From the NCBI GenBank assembly GCA_021820565.1, contig JAKADL010000001.1, forward strand, positions 2,786 through 66,785: 64,000 nt of DNA, read 5' to 3'. The position numbers and the translations under genes were made by a program. This document shows, in pieces, positions 11,442 to 21,419 of the stretch (positions are counted from its first letter, which is position 1; the number at the start of each line of letters is the position of its first letter). Under the pieces are notes generated by a model, which made no database searches, was not told the origin of the DNA, and was given only the letters and a program-made list of their open reading frames with translations. The DNA comes from Thermoplasmata archaeon. Lineage in GTDB: Archaea; Thermoplasmatota; Thermoplasmata; Thermoplasmatales; Thermoplasmataceae.

Positions 11442-11683
11442 CATACATGAGATACGTTATAATGAGAAGGGAAATATCTAAATATCTAATTTCAGGGATA
11501 TCCTGTGACCACCTATTCAGAAAGATTGAAAACCTTGAAGAGGAAGAGGTTATTCTTGATTTTCTTCTGGTATATTATGTGAGCAATGAATTTATTGACG
11601 CCTACATAGCCAACAAAGCGGTATCCACAAAAAAAATTATTGAAAAAAATATGCCGCTGACTATGAAAAATATTACTGGATAA
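11438..11683 (+). CDS. Small hypothetical protein (possibly STAS-like/DUF4325-like)
   Basis: 81-aa ORF whose ATG overlaps the nitrilase stop (ATGA). Segment VILDF..V..VSNEFIDAYI resembles DUF4325. Its 3' end overlaps the convergent radical SAM gene by 11 nt. Confidence 0.3.
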   Translation: MTYMRYVIMRREISKYLISGISCDHLFRKIENLEEEEVILDFLLVYYVSNEFIDAYIANKAVSTKKIIEKNMPLTMKNITG

Positions 11684-12689
11684 TATCAGTCTTAAGAAGT
11701 ATTCCGGTTTGGAAGCCACAATGTGTGCAGCTACCATCGGAGTTCAGATTTATTATGGTTGAATCAAAACCATGCCTTTGAATTAAGAGTGCTCCACATC
11801 CAGGGCAGTATGTATTTTCATAATTTTCTTCCCGGACATTGCCCAGATAAACATAATGCATACCCATGGATTTGGCAAGGTTATAATGTTTTTTCAATGT
11901 TTCGAGGGGCGTATAGGGCAGGGATAATTTGTAATCAGGGTGATATCTAAGAAAACTTACGGGCATGTATTCCCCACCGATATCCTTTATTTTTGCTATC
12001 ATCTTTTCCGCAGCATCAAGATTGTCTCCGATCTCTGGTATAACAAGATCAGTGATTTCTGTATGGATCCCGTGATTCAGTGCAGATTCTATGGTTTTAT
12101 ATATCAAATCCGGGTGCATTACGGATATATATCGGTTATAGAATTTTTCCTCTGCGTTTCCCTTGAAATCAATGGTCATAGCATCCAGAAATTCAGCTGC
12201 CATTTCCATGGATTCTGGAGTTTCGTAACCATTGGTTACAAATATGTTGAATAACCCCTGTTTATGAGCCAGGATTCCCACATCATGTGCAAATTCCATG
12301 AAAATTGTGGGTTCATTATATGTATACGCTATACCGTCCACCTGCAATTTTCTGGCTATTTTAATTATTTTTTCAGGTGTCATGTATTCACCTTCAACGG
12401 TTTTTCTCTGGCTCATTTCATAATTCTGACAGTATTTGCATGCAAAATTGCATCCTGAAGTTCCAAAGGAAAGTATTCTTGAACCGGGATACATATGCAG
12501 AACAGGCTTTTTCTCAATAGGGTCTACATTATAGCCGGATGGATAATTATAAACATCAAGATTCAGAACCCCGTTTTTGAATGTCCTGACCCCGCAGAAG
12601 CCACTCTGGCCTTCCCTCAGGTAACAGTATCTTTCACAGGCTGTGCACCGTATTCTGTCGCCCTTTTTTTCATATAAACTGGCTTCCAT
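11673..12689 (-). CDS. amrS: AmmeMemoRadiSam system radical SAM enzyme
   Basis: 338 aa with an N-terminal Cys-rich motif (CTACERYC...FCGVR) and the radical SAM CxxxCxxC motif (GCNFACKYCQN). Adjacent to Memo and AMMECR1 genes. Confidence 0.85.
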   Translation of the reverse strand: MEASLYEKKGDRIRCTACERYCYLREGQSGFCGVRTFKNGVLNLDVYNYPSGYNVDPIEKKPVLHMYPGSRILSFGTSGCNFACKYCQNYEMSQRKTVEGEYMTPEKIIKIARKLQVDGIAYTYNEPTIFMEFAHDVGILAHKQGLFNIFVTNGYETPESMEMAAEFLDAMTIDFKGNAEEKFYNRYISVMHPDLIYKTIESALNHGIHTEITDLVIPEIGDNLDAAEKMIAKIKDIGGEYMPVSFLRYHPDYKLSLPYTPLETLKKHYNLAKSMGMHYVYLGNVREENYENTYCPGCGALLIQRHGFDSTIINLNSDGSCTHCGFQTGILLKTDIIQ

Positions 12690-12763
12690 ATATATTTAAT
12701 CGCATTACAGATATTTATACTATATCAATTTCTCCGGAAATTATAATTTCATGTCCGGAATTA

Positions 12764-13579
12764 TTATTTATATGCTATCATAGATGCATACCCTACGACC
12801 CTATCACGATCTGTCCCATAATCCCCGGAATTGCTGTGATTCAAAAGTGCTATTTTCCCTTTCATCTGACGGGTTACCATCATAAGTACAGCTATGGCTC
12901 CGTAACCGCAGGCAGATATGCCATATTTCTTTATATCTTCATAATATTTTCCTACATGCAGTTCCTCAATATCCCTTATTATTATATTATCAAGCTCGTT
13001 GTTTCTATTATACCCATTATAATGGTTGAGATCTGAACTTATGAGCAGGATTGGCTTTTCCTCCAGTGTCTCTATAGTTTCTGCTATATTTCGCGACATA
13101 GCCTGACTCTGATTGCCCAGAACCATGGGTGAAAATGTGAAATTATTGTTAAAAATATACTGGAGAAACGGGATCTGAACCTCAATGGAGTGCTCTATCA
13201 TATGTGCCTCTTTATCATCCCTTATAATGTTGGACTTTAAAAGAATTTTACTTGAAAGTTCAGAGTTTACTTTTGCATATCCCATGGGTGTGTTCCAGTA
13301 GCCGTCCGGGTAAATAGCAGGATAGGAAGGATATCCTGAATGATTTGGCCCTATAATTAAAAAATCCCTTTTTTTGGAATTTTTTATTATGCTGTAGGCA
13401 TACGCAGCTGTCCTGCCTGAATATATATAACCTGCATGTGGAACAATGGCCCCGATTAGTTTTTTATAGGTTAAGTCCGGAGTAGTTATATCCAAATAAC
13501 TTTTTATATCATTCTTTAGTTTTTCATAATCGTCCGGGTAGAATGCACCGGAGACATAGGCTTCCCTGGTATTATCCAT
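12764..13579 (-). CDS. amrB: MEMO1-family protein (AmmeMemoRadiSam system protein B)
   Basis: 271 aa with SGAFYP and VPHAGYIYSG signatures. Confidence 0.85.
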   Translation of the reverse strand: MDNTREAYVSGAFYPDDYEKLKNDIKSYLDITTPDLTYKKLIGAIVPHAGYIYSGRTAAYAYSIIKNSKKRDFLIIGPNHSGYPSYPAIYPDGYWNTPMGYAKVNSELSSKILLKSNIIRDDKEAHMIEHSIEVQIPFLQYIFNNNFTFSPMVLGNQSQAMSRNIAETIETLEEKPILLISSDLNHYNGYNRNNELDNIIIRDIEELHVGKYYEDIKKYGISACGYGAIAVLMMVTRQMKGKIALLNHSNSGDYGTDRDRVVGYASMIAYK

Positions 13580-13624
13580 ATAAAAGGATTACTATGCTTT
13601 ATATAAAGTTTATATAAAAGTTTC

Positions 13625-13650
13625 AAAAATAATGTTAAAACATTATTTTT
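13625..13650. promoter_or_regulatory. 26-bp palindrome between the divergent amrB and amrA genes (candidate operator)
   Basis: AAAAATAATGTT-AA-AACATTATTTTT has perfect 12-bp arms. It lies in the 162-bp intergenic region that both genes start from. Confidence 0.25.
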
Positions 13651-13741
13651 CTTAATAAATAATTTTCAATATACTTTTTGAATAGTCATACAGTTCATGA
13701 ATGATACGATCCATATACTAAAAATCTATATATCTGAATGA

Positions 13742-14302
13742 TTGATATATCTTATTATGTTACAGGATGAGTTCATTGAAAATTTAAATGATGCAGATGG
13801 AAAAACACTGATAGACATTGCAAGAAATGCCATAACCGGTGATGATAAACCGATAGATAACATTCCTGAAAAACTGGAAAACAGGGCAGGGGCTTTTGTC
13901 ACCCTGACCGAGAATAATAGGTTAAGGGGGTGCATAGGTTATCTGAAGCCCGTGATGCCACTGGTAAAGGCTGTGGAGAAAGCAGCATGGAATGCAGCAT
14001 ACAGAGACCCCAGGTTTGATCCCATGAATAATGATGAGATCAATAGAATTTCTATAGAGGTCACAGTAATAGGTGAATTGAAAGAGGTAGAATATAAAGA
14101 TATACGGTTAGCCGTTCCGGGAAAATACGGTGTTTATATAGAAAATGGAATATATTCAGGCACACTGCTTCCACAGGTTGCGGTAGAGAATAATTTAACC
14201 ATGGATGAATTCATAATGGAAACATGCATAAAGGCTGGCATGAAAAAAGATTGTTACAAAAATTCTTCAATCTATGCTTACAGTGCGAAAATATTTCACT
14301 GA
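13742..14302 (+). CDS. amrA: AMMECR1-domain protein (AmmeMemoRadiSam system protein A)
   Basis: 186 aa with the GAFVTL...RLRGCIGY signature. Divergent from amrB. Confidence 0.85.
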   Translation: MIYLIMLQDEFIENLNDADGKTLIDIARNAITGDDKPIDNIPEKLENRAGAFVTLTENNRLRGCIGYLKPVMPLVKAVEKAAWNAAYRDPRFDPMNNDEINRISIEVTVIGELKEVEYKDIRLAVPGKYGVYIENGIYSGTLLPQVAVENNLTMDEFIMETCIKAGMKKDCYKNSSIYAYSAKIFH

Positions 14303-14324
14303 TAATTATAAAAATATATTTAAC

Positions 14325-15320
14325 TTATATAAAATTTATTTTTTCAGAGTAAACATGATCGGTAAGCTTTCTGAGTTCTTCTGTGCCGTAGAATATGGAT
14401 TTCATCACAATGGCGTCCCTGTAAAACTTCTCAACACCGAAATCCTTGAAATACCCGTATCCACCGTGAGTATTTACAGAATATCTTGCAATTTCCACTA
14501 GGTGCTCCATGGCAAAGTTAAATGTGTAATATGGGTCTACCTTGCCATAAAGTGAATTTCTCAAAATTACCTCTGTGGACCTGAACCTTGCCAGCCTGAA
14601 AGAAACCGGTTCGAAATCCCTGAGCTGGCTGCCGAATGCCTTTCTTACATTTGTATAGTCTATAGCCTTCTGCAGTGCACTGGCTATCATGCCCAGTGCG
14701 ATTGCTGATGCGGGACCGTATGCTTTTTCCATTATTTCTGACAATCTGTTGCTTTTATCGAGAACCTGAACACTGTTATCAAGGAATAGGTCACCAAACT
14801 TCAATCCGCGGAAGCCCATGAAATCCCTGGACTCCGATTTAAAGGGTCCTGAAACAAGGGATGTACCATCATTGAATACGACGAGTTTATCGGCATCTGT
14901 TCCAAGTATGTTTTTCAGTGTGCCCTTGATCTTTCCTGAAACAGATTCATTACCAGTTTTTTTATTGATAAAATCTACCGCAATATTAATTTTTCCCGTT
15001 GATGCATCCTTCAATGTTTCTTCTGCTGCAGTACCATTAACAGCCGGATAGTACATAGAGTTTAAGACAAATATTCTCATTGCCACCGTGGGGGAATATT
15101 TTGCAATTTCCTCAAGAATAATTTCGTAAGATGTTTCATCCAGTCCCGATCCGGAGTACTTATCGGGTATTGCACACCCAAGGAATCCCTGTTCCGCCAA
15201 GAGTTGTGTTAATTTCTTATCGATTCCATCTGTTTCTATTTTCTTTTCATCAAGGTTTTTTTCACAGAATTCTGCTACAGTTTCCCTGAGTATATTGTTT
15301 TCCTCTTCCATTTTATTCAC
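14325..15320 (-). CDS. Acyl-CoA dehydrogenase-like protein, degenerate (probable non-catalytic partner subunit)
   Basis: 331 aa with an ACAD C-terminal helical domain (HGGYGYFKDFGVEKFYRDA). The catalytic-base motif reads IFYGTEEL instead of I(Y/W)EGT. The TEPxxGSD and ITNG FAD motifs are not recognisable. Overlaps the upstream ACAD gene by 8 nt. Confidence 0.7.
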   Translation of the reverse strand: MNKMEEENNILRETVAEFCEKNLDEKKIETDGIDKKLTQLLAEQGFLGCAIPDKYSGSGLDETSYEIILEEIAKYSPTVAMRIFVLNSMYYPAVNGTAAEETLKDASTGKINIAVDFINKKTGNESVSGKIKGTLKNILGTDADKLVVFNDGTSLVSGPFKSESRDFMGFRGLKFGDLFLDNSVQVLDKSNRLSEIMEKAYGPASAIALGMIASALQKAIDYTNVRKAFGSQLRDFEPVSFRLARFRSTEVILRNSLYGKVDPYYTFNFAMEHLVEIARYSVNTHGGYGYFKDFGVEKFYRDAIVMKSIFYGTEELRKLTDHVYSEKINFI

Positions 15321-16392
15321 CTTTCAATATGTATCTAGCAATAACGAGTTTCTCAATTTCACTTGTACCTTCCCAGATTTCCATAATTTTTGCGTTCCTG
15401 AATATCCTCTGGACGTCTTCATACAGTGACCGGTCTCCGAGGATTTCCATTGCCTCCTCAGCTGCAAAAACTGCAGTTTCACTGCTATAAGCCTTTGCCA
15501 TGCTTGTGAGTTCAGGTTTTGGCTTGAATTCAAACAGATAGGATGCTGCATTGTATGTCATCTGGATGGAAGCCTCTATTCTTGTTCCCACATCAGAAAG
15601 CTGGAACATAGAATCCTCGTCCTTGATATTGTTCTCCTTTATGTAAGATTTAATTTTATCAAAAGCCCCCCTGGCTATGCCGATGGACTGCGCTGCAACA
15701 TAAATTCTGCTGATATTGAAGAACATCATAATATAGTAAAAACCCTTGCCCTCTTCACCTATAAGGTCATCCTCGGACAGTTCAATGTTGTTGAATTGAA
15801 GTTCGGCGGTGTTTGTTGCCCTTACTCCGAGCTTGTCCTCCAGTTTTGTTGCACTGAAACCCTTTGATTTGGTGTTCAGAAGAAATGTACTGAGGCCGTG
15901 GTGTGGATTTGAATCCTCTGATGTTCTTGCCAGTATGACCAGATAATCTGCTATTGCACCGTTGGTTATGAACATCTTTGAACCGTTGAGTATGTATTTA
16001 TTGCCCTGCTTTTTGGCGGTAGTTTTCAGGGCTGCAACATCACTTCCACCCGATGGTTCTGTTACACCAAGCCCCAGTATATACTTCCCACGATATACAT
16101 CGTTCAGGATTTCCTTCTGCTTATCATTGCCGAATAGCATGATAACCTCACTGCCGAAATATGGTGTCGTAAGTGCTATGCCGAGGCCAGCATCCACCCT
16201 ACAGAGCTCCTCTATGGCTATCAGTACCTTGGCAGGATTCTGCATATCTACTATCCCTAGTGATAATGATTTTTTCCTAAGATAGTCAGGATATGATTCC
16301 TTTCTATCGTACTCAGCAGCAACCTCTTCTGTAAATTCTTTCAGGGCAAACTCCCTGATTTTGTTTCTGTAATCATCCAGTTCTTCAAACAT
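15313..16392 (-). CDS. Acyl-CoA dehydrogenase
   Basis: 359 aa with GVTEPSGGSD, FITNG and the catalytic-Glu motif IWEGTSEI. Confidence 0.9.
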   Translation of the reverse strand: MFEELDDYRNKIREFALKEFTEEVAAEYDRKESYPDYLRKKSLSLGIVDMQNPAKVLIAIEELCRVDAGLGIALTTPYFGSEVIMLFGNDKQKEILNDVYRGKYILGLGVTEPSGGSDVAALKTTAKKQGNKYILNGSKMFITNGAIADYLVILARTSEDSNPHHGLSTFLLNTKSKGFSATKLEDKLGVRATNTAELQFNNIELSEDDLIGEEGKGFYYIMMFFNISRIYVAAQSIGIARGAFDKIKSYIKENNIKDEDSMFQLSDVGTRIEASIQMTYNAASYLFEFKPKPELTSMAKAYSSETAVFAAEEAMEILGDRSLYEDVQRIFRNAKIMEIWEGTSEIEKLVIARYILKGE

Positions 16393-17577
16393 TTAAACAC
16401 GCTCCAGTAACATTGAATATCCCTGGCCGCCACCAACACATAATGTGGCTATTCCAAGAGTTTTCTTTTTGGCCTGTAAGGTTCTTCCCAGGGTACCTGC
16501 AAGCCTCGCGCCCGTGGCACCAAGAGGATGCCCTACTGATATGCCACCACCATGTATATTCACCCTTTCAAGATCAAGGTTGAATGCATGTACTGCGTTG
16601 AGAACCACAACAGCAAAGGCCTCGTTTATTTCCCAGTAATCGATATCATCCGGGGAAAGTTTGTTTCTTTGCAGTACCTTCTCTGTTGCTGGAACCGGAC
16701 CGGCACCCATTATTGTGGGATCAACACCAGCTGCGGCAAAATCAACTATTCTTGCAAGTGGTTTCATTCCGTATTCTTTAACCTTTGATCCGGACATTAA
16801 CATTACCATTGATGCTCCATCATTAAGAGATGATGAATTGGCTGCGGTTATTACTCCATTTTCCGCGAATGCCGGCCTCAATGATTTGATCTGTTCAAGG
16901 GAAACATCCTTTCTTATCCCCAGATCTTTATCTATGGTAGTGCCGTTAACCGTAACAGGCATGAGTTCGCCTTTCATGAAACCATCTTCGTATGCTTTTT
17001 CTGCCCTCTTGTGTGAGTTGTAGGAATATTCATCCATTTCATCTCGGGATATTTTCCTCAAACCTGCAAGTTTTTCTGCTGTCAACCCCATGTTATATGA
17101 TACATTCATATTGAATTTGGCATATTTTGGATTGACCATGAGTTCCATATTTGGCTTTATAAACGGATTATCTATTCCCAGTGGCACATGGGTCATGTGC
17201 TCCATTCCACCAGCAATGGTAATGCCTGCCCTTCCAGTCATAATTTCCATGGATGCAATTGCTGTTGCATTCAATGAAGATGAGCATGCCCGATCCATGG
17301 ACATGGCAGGCACGGATACCGGTAAATCAGCCAGCAGCACTGGGTGTCTTCCACCGTATGTCCAGTTTTCACCTGCCTGAAAGGCGCAACCGGTTATTAC
17401 ATCCTCGATTTCAGCTGGATTGATTTTCGTCTCCTTGACAGAGAGCTTAATCAGTTCTGACAGCATTTTATCCATTCTTAAATCATTATACACATCCTTT
17501 TCCGGTTCCCTGGGCCGTGCCCTTGAGAACGGTATTCTCCTGTAGTCTACTATATAAACTTCTTCCATATTATTCAC
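16393..17577 (-). CDS. 3-ketoacyl-CoA thiolase / acetyl-CoA C-acyltransferase
   Basis: 394 aa with nucleophilic Cys (DRACSSSLNA), His (NIHGGGISVGHPLGATG) and the C-terminal CVGGGQG. Confidence 0.9.
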   Translation of the reverse strand: MNNMEEVYIVDYRRIPFSRARPREPEKDVYNDLRMDKMLSELIKLSVKETKINPAEIEDVITGCAFQAGENWTYGGRHPVLLADLPVSVPAMSMDRACSSSLNATAIASMEIMTGRAGITIAGGMEHMTHVPLGIDNPFIKPNMELMVNPKYAKFNMNVSYNMGLTAEKLAGLRKISRDEMDEYSYNSHKRAEKAYEDGFMKGELMPVTVNGTTIDKDLGIRKDVSLEQIKSLRPAFAENGVITAANSSSLNDGASMVMLMSGSKVKEYGMKPLARIVDFAAAGVDPTIMGAGPVPATEKVLQRNKLSPDDIDYWEINEAFAVVVLNAVHAFNLDLERVNIHGGGISVGHPLGATGARLAGTLGRTLQAKKKTLGIATLCVGGGQGYSMLLERV

Positions 17578-19151
17578 TCCAACTTTTTCCTCAGAACCAC
17601 TTTATTTATCTTTCCGGTTCCTGTTTTTTCAAATTCATCCACAAATATGTAATCATCGGGTAGCCAGAATTTGGCTATTCTTCCTGTGTCAACATATTCT
17701 TTCATTACTTTTTCTATTGCTTCCCTGCTTGCGGTTCCCTTTATGAAGGCAACAGGGCGCTCTCCCCATTTTTCATCCGCCTTTTTTGTAACTGCAACCT
17801 CACCGACACCTGGTACCGTGCTGATAAGATCCTCCAGTACCATGGATGGAATGAATTCTCCACCGGACTTTACCGCATCGCTCTCCCTGTCTACGATTTT
17901 AATATATCCATATTCATCCATGGTTGCAAGATCGCCAGTATGAAGCCAGCCATCCTTCCATAGTTTTGCAGTTTTTTCCGGGTCTTTTATGTATCCTTCC
18001 GTAAGCCATGGAGCCTGAACTATTATTTCACCGATTTCTTTATTGTTTTTCTCAACGTCTTTTCCACCGGATGCAACACGCAGATTGACAAATGGTATGG
18101 GTATTCCTGTTTTTCTTCTGTATTCCTGCTTCTTTTCGCTGTCAAATTCCATAACGGCATTACTATAACTTGCCAGTGTCAGTATAGGACCTGTTTCGGA
18201 CATGCCATAACCGGTTATAACGGTCATGCCGAGGGATTCGGCAGTTTTAGCCAGACCTTCATTGAGTGCTGCACCGCCTATAATAGTTGTCAATTTCAGT
18301 TTCCCCATCACTTCCGGTCCACGTTTTGCCTGCAACAGCAGGTAAAGTATTGAAGGTACCATTGCAGAATTTGTAACCTTTTCTTTTTCCATTGTTCCCA
18401 CTATTCTATCCCATTCATACTTTCCCGGAAGAACATATTTTATCCCCCGCATGATAGTGAAATATGGGATTCCCCATGCATGAACATGGAACATGGGAAC
18501 AAGCGGAAGCATAACAGCCGTCCTTTTAAAAGATATCGGTTCATCCGCCAAAGCCACAGATGATGCCAGGCTATGGAGTACAAGTTGTTTATGTGAATAG
18601 TAAACGCCCTTGGGAAGTCCGGTGGTTCCGGAGGTATAGAAAAGAGTTGCCATGCTATTTTCATCCGGCTGTCTCTCCTTATATTCTGCATCCTTCAGGA
18701 GGTCATCGACGAAATATACGTTCCTGAGATCATATTTATCATGGCCTTTTTCTGAATACACGATAAATCCCTTGATAAAATCAAACATATCCTTGTACTG
18801 GAGAATCAGTGGCATGAAATCGGCATTCACTACAAGATATGAATCCTCCGAATTTTTTATTGTATAGTATAGTATCTCCGATGGATATCTGATATTAACC
18901 ATATGAATTACCGCGCCTATCATGGGGATTGAGTAATAACAATAGAGATAATTTATGGTATCATAATCCAGAACAGCTATTCTATCCCCCGGCTTCACAC
19001 CGATTTTCCTGAGGTTTGCCGCAAAATTTTTTACATTCTTTTCGAATGATTTGTACGTTATGGTTTTATTTCCATACACTATCTGCTGATTTCCATTAGA
19101 TCTTACGGCAGCATCCAGGAGATTGTTGATTGTCAGCTTAAAGTCTACCAT
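17574..19151 (-). CDS. Fatty-acid--CoA ligase (AMP-binding superfamily)
   Basis: 525 aa with the AMP-binding motif LFYTSGTTGLPKGV and the late motifs GWLHTGDL and KTGTGKI. Confidence 0.9.
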   Translation of the reverse strand: MVDFKLTINNLLDAAVRSNGNQQIVYGNKTITYKSFEKNVKNFAANLRKIGVKPGDRIAVLDYDTINYLYCYYSIPMIGAVIHMVNIRYPSEILYYTIKNSEDSYLVVNADFMPLILQYKDMFDFIKGFIVYSEKGHDKYDLRNVYFVDDLLKDAEYKERQPDENSMATLFYTSGTTGLPKGVYYSHKQLVLHSLASSVALADEPISFKRTAVMLPLVPMFHVHAWGIPYFTIMRGIKYVLPGKYEWDRIVGTMEKEKVTNSAMVPSILYLLLQAKRGPEVMGKLKLTTIIGGAALNEGLAKTAESLGMTVITGYGMSETGPILTLASYSNAVMEFDSEKKQEYRRKTGIPIPFVNLRVASGGKDVEKNNKEIGEIIVQAPWLTEGYIKDPEKTAKLWKDGWLHTGDLATMDEYGYIKIVDRESDAVKSGGEFIPSMVLEDLISTVPGVGEVAVTKKADEKWGERPVAFIKGTASREAIEKVMKEYVDTGRIAKFWLPDDYIFVDEFEKTGTGKINKVVLRKKLE

Positions 19152-19187
19152 GAATTATGATAATCATTTGTATTATAAGTTTTCCCA

Positions 19188-19207
19188 TTACAACGTTAAC
19201 CTTGTAA
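19188..19207. promoter_or_regulatory. 20-bp near-perfect palindrome in the divergent beta-oxidation promoter region (candidate operator)
   Basis: TTACAACGTTAACCTTGTAA pairs at 9 of 10 positions. Lies 37 nt upstream of the acyl-CoA ligase ATG (minus strand) and 156 nt upstream of the dehydrogenase/hydratase ATG (plus strand). Confidence 0.3.
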
Positions 19208-19362
19208 AAAATTACATATGAACGAATCGAAACTTCATTTCACTTTTCATACCGTCGTACTTTATAATATTTCTATAGAAGAATTATCTAAAAATTGATC
19301 CGTATCATTTAACTATAAAGTGTAAATGAAAAAGACTTTAAAGTTAAAAAATATGCATTATC

Positions 19363-21291
19363 ATGATTAAGCAGGTAGCAGTTATCGGTGCCGGTGTAAT
19401 GGGGCACAGCATAGCAGAAGTTTTTGCATTGAATGGCTATGATGTAAATCTGGAAGATTTTTATCCAGAGGTCATAGAGAAAGCAAAGAAAGGATTGAAT
19501 AATAGCCTTGATAAGCTTCTTGCCTCGAAGAAAATAGACGAGGCTGGGAAACAGGCAGCATTGGATCACATAAAATATTTTAATACTATTGAAGAGGCAG
19601 TAAAAAATGCAGATTTATCCATTGAAGTGGTTCCTGAAATATACAATATAAAGGTGAAGGTACTAAAGGAAATTGCAGACCATACAGATAAAATTGTAGC
19701 TTCCAACACATCCAATATACGAATTACGGAAATGGCAAAGGAAATAAAAAATCCCGAGAGATTTCTTGGAATGCACTTTTTCAATCCCCCTATACTTATG
19801 AAGCTTGTAGAGGTGATAAAAGGTGATAAAACATCCATGGAATATATTGAGGAAATATATGAAATATCCAAAAAAATTGGAAAAGTACCTATTAAAGTAC
19901 TGAAAGACGAAGCCGGCTTCGTTGTAAACAGAATATCAGCTCCTGAAATGCTACTTCTCTGCAATGCTTATGGAAATAAAGTGGCCAAACCGGAAGCAAT
20001 AGACAATTACTTTAAATCCCAGGGATTACCCATGGGCCCTTATCAGCTTTTTGATTATGTGGGCCTTGATACCGTCGTTGACTCCCTGAAGTATTATGGC
20101 CAGGAACTTTCCCCCGATTACAGCAATTGCCATGCCTTTGATAGCCTCATAGAAGCAAAAAAACTCGGGGCAAAAACCGGAGAGGGAATTTATAAATGGG
20201 AAAACGGAAAGGCTATCATTCCTCCTGCCGAAGAGAGTGACAAAATTAACCTGATGGATATGTTTGCCCTGGAAATAAATGAGGCAACAAAGTTGATTGA
20301 AGATAACGTTGCAACACCGGAAGACATTGAAACCGGAGTGAAATATGGGTTGAACAGGCCTTTCGGGCCGGTAACTGTGGCAAACGGGCTAAGCAACGAT
20401 GAGGTTATAGAAACGCTTGACAGGCTGCAGAAACAGTACGGTATAGAGATATTTAAGCCATCCGTGACACTGAAAGAACATAAAATGAAAGAGGTATTCA
20501 ACAAAAAATCTGTGGAAGTTAAAAAGGAAGAGAAATCGGGTATTTTAGATTACAAGATTGATGGAAAAGTCGGTATAATCACTCTGATGAATGGAAAAAA
20601 CAACCTTATGAGCTTTGAATTACTGAAAGCAATTGATCACCAGCTTGATGCCATCGAGGAAGCAAACAACGTAAATGTTGTAATAATAAAAGGTAATGAA
20701 AGAGCGTTCTCGGCCGGTGCAGACCTTTCACAGTTCATCAGCAACCCGTTCATGTTCATGAAAATAGCCAGTACAGGAGAGCATATATTTGACAGAATTA
20801 CCGGGATGAACAAGATATTCATAGCCGAACTCAATGGTTATGTACTCGGCGGAGGTTTTGAACTGGCCCTTGCGTGTGATATCAGGACCTCCGTGCCTGA
20901 TTCTACTATTGGATTCCCTGAAACATCCCTGGGTCTTATTCCTGGATATGGAGGAAGCCAGAGATTGCCTAATTTAATAGGCATATCACGTGCGATGGAC
21001 ATGATCTTATCCTGTGAAAGAATAACAGGGCAAAAAGCATATGAATATGGAATACTGACCAGGCTTTACACCGAAAATCTCGATGCAAATACGAAGGAGC
21101 TGGCTAAAAGTCTTTCAGAAAAGATATCGCCAGCTTCCGTTTATGTAGCAAAACGCCTCATATATAATACTGCAAAAATCAATCTGGACGAAGAATCGCT
21201 TTCTATGGGGATGTTATACGCGGGTAACGACCTCAAGGAAGGTGTAAAGGCATTCCTGGAAAAGAGGAAACCAGATTATAAAGGAAATTGA
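19363..21291 (+). CDS. Bifunctional 3-hydroxyacyl-CoA dehydrogenase (N-terminal) / enoyl-CoA hydratase (C-terminal)
   Basis: 642 aa with Rossmann VAVIGAGVMGHSIA at the N-terminus and crotonase motifs FSAGADLSQF and GGGFELALACD in the C-terminal third. Confidence 0.9.
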   Translation: MIKQVAVIGAGVMGHSIAEVFALNGYDVNLEDFYPEVIEKAKKGLNNSLDKLLASKKIDEAGKQAALDHIKYFNTIEEAVKNADLSIEVVPEIYNIKVKVLKEIADHTDKIVASNTSNIRITEMAKEIKNPERFLGMHFFNPPILMKLVEVIKGDKTSMEYIEEIYEISKKIGKVPIKVLKDEAGFVVNRISAPEMLLLCNAYGNKVAKPEAIDNYFKSQGLPMGPYQLFDYVGLDTVVDSLKYYGQELSPDYSNCHAFDSLIEAKKLGAKTGEGIYKWENGKAIIPPAEESDKINLMDMFALEINEATKLIEDNVATPEDIETGVKYGLNRPFGPVTVANGLSNDEVIETLDRLQKQYGIEIFKPSVTLKEHKMKEVFNKKSVEVKKEEKSGILDYKIDGKVGIITLMNGKNNLMSFELLKAIDHQLDAIEEANNVNVVIIKGNERAFSAGADLSQFISNPFMFMKIASTGEHIFDRITGMNKIFIAELNGYVLGGGFELALACDIRTSVPDSTIGFPETSLGLIPGYGGSQRLPNLIGISRAMDMILSCERITGQKAYEYGILTRLYTENLDANTKELAKSLSEKISPASVYVAKRLIYNTAKINLDEESLSMGMLYAGNDLKEGVKAFLEKRKPDYKGN

Positions 21292-21419
21292 TTTCATTTA
21301 TAGTCCGGAACTCCTAATATTTAAATGTAGAAGCGGAAAGCTTCCTGCCCTGGAGTGGAGAGGATGTCGCTTTGTTTCAACATCCATAATAATTTATATT
21401 CATATTTCAATTCATATCT

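Noticed and set aside
13625-13650. The AT-only hairpin followed by a T-run, considered as a transcription terminator.
   Set aside because: Both flanking genes start here rather than end, so a terminator role is unlikely. It is kept only as a low-confidence operator candidate.
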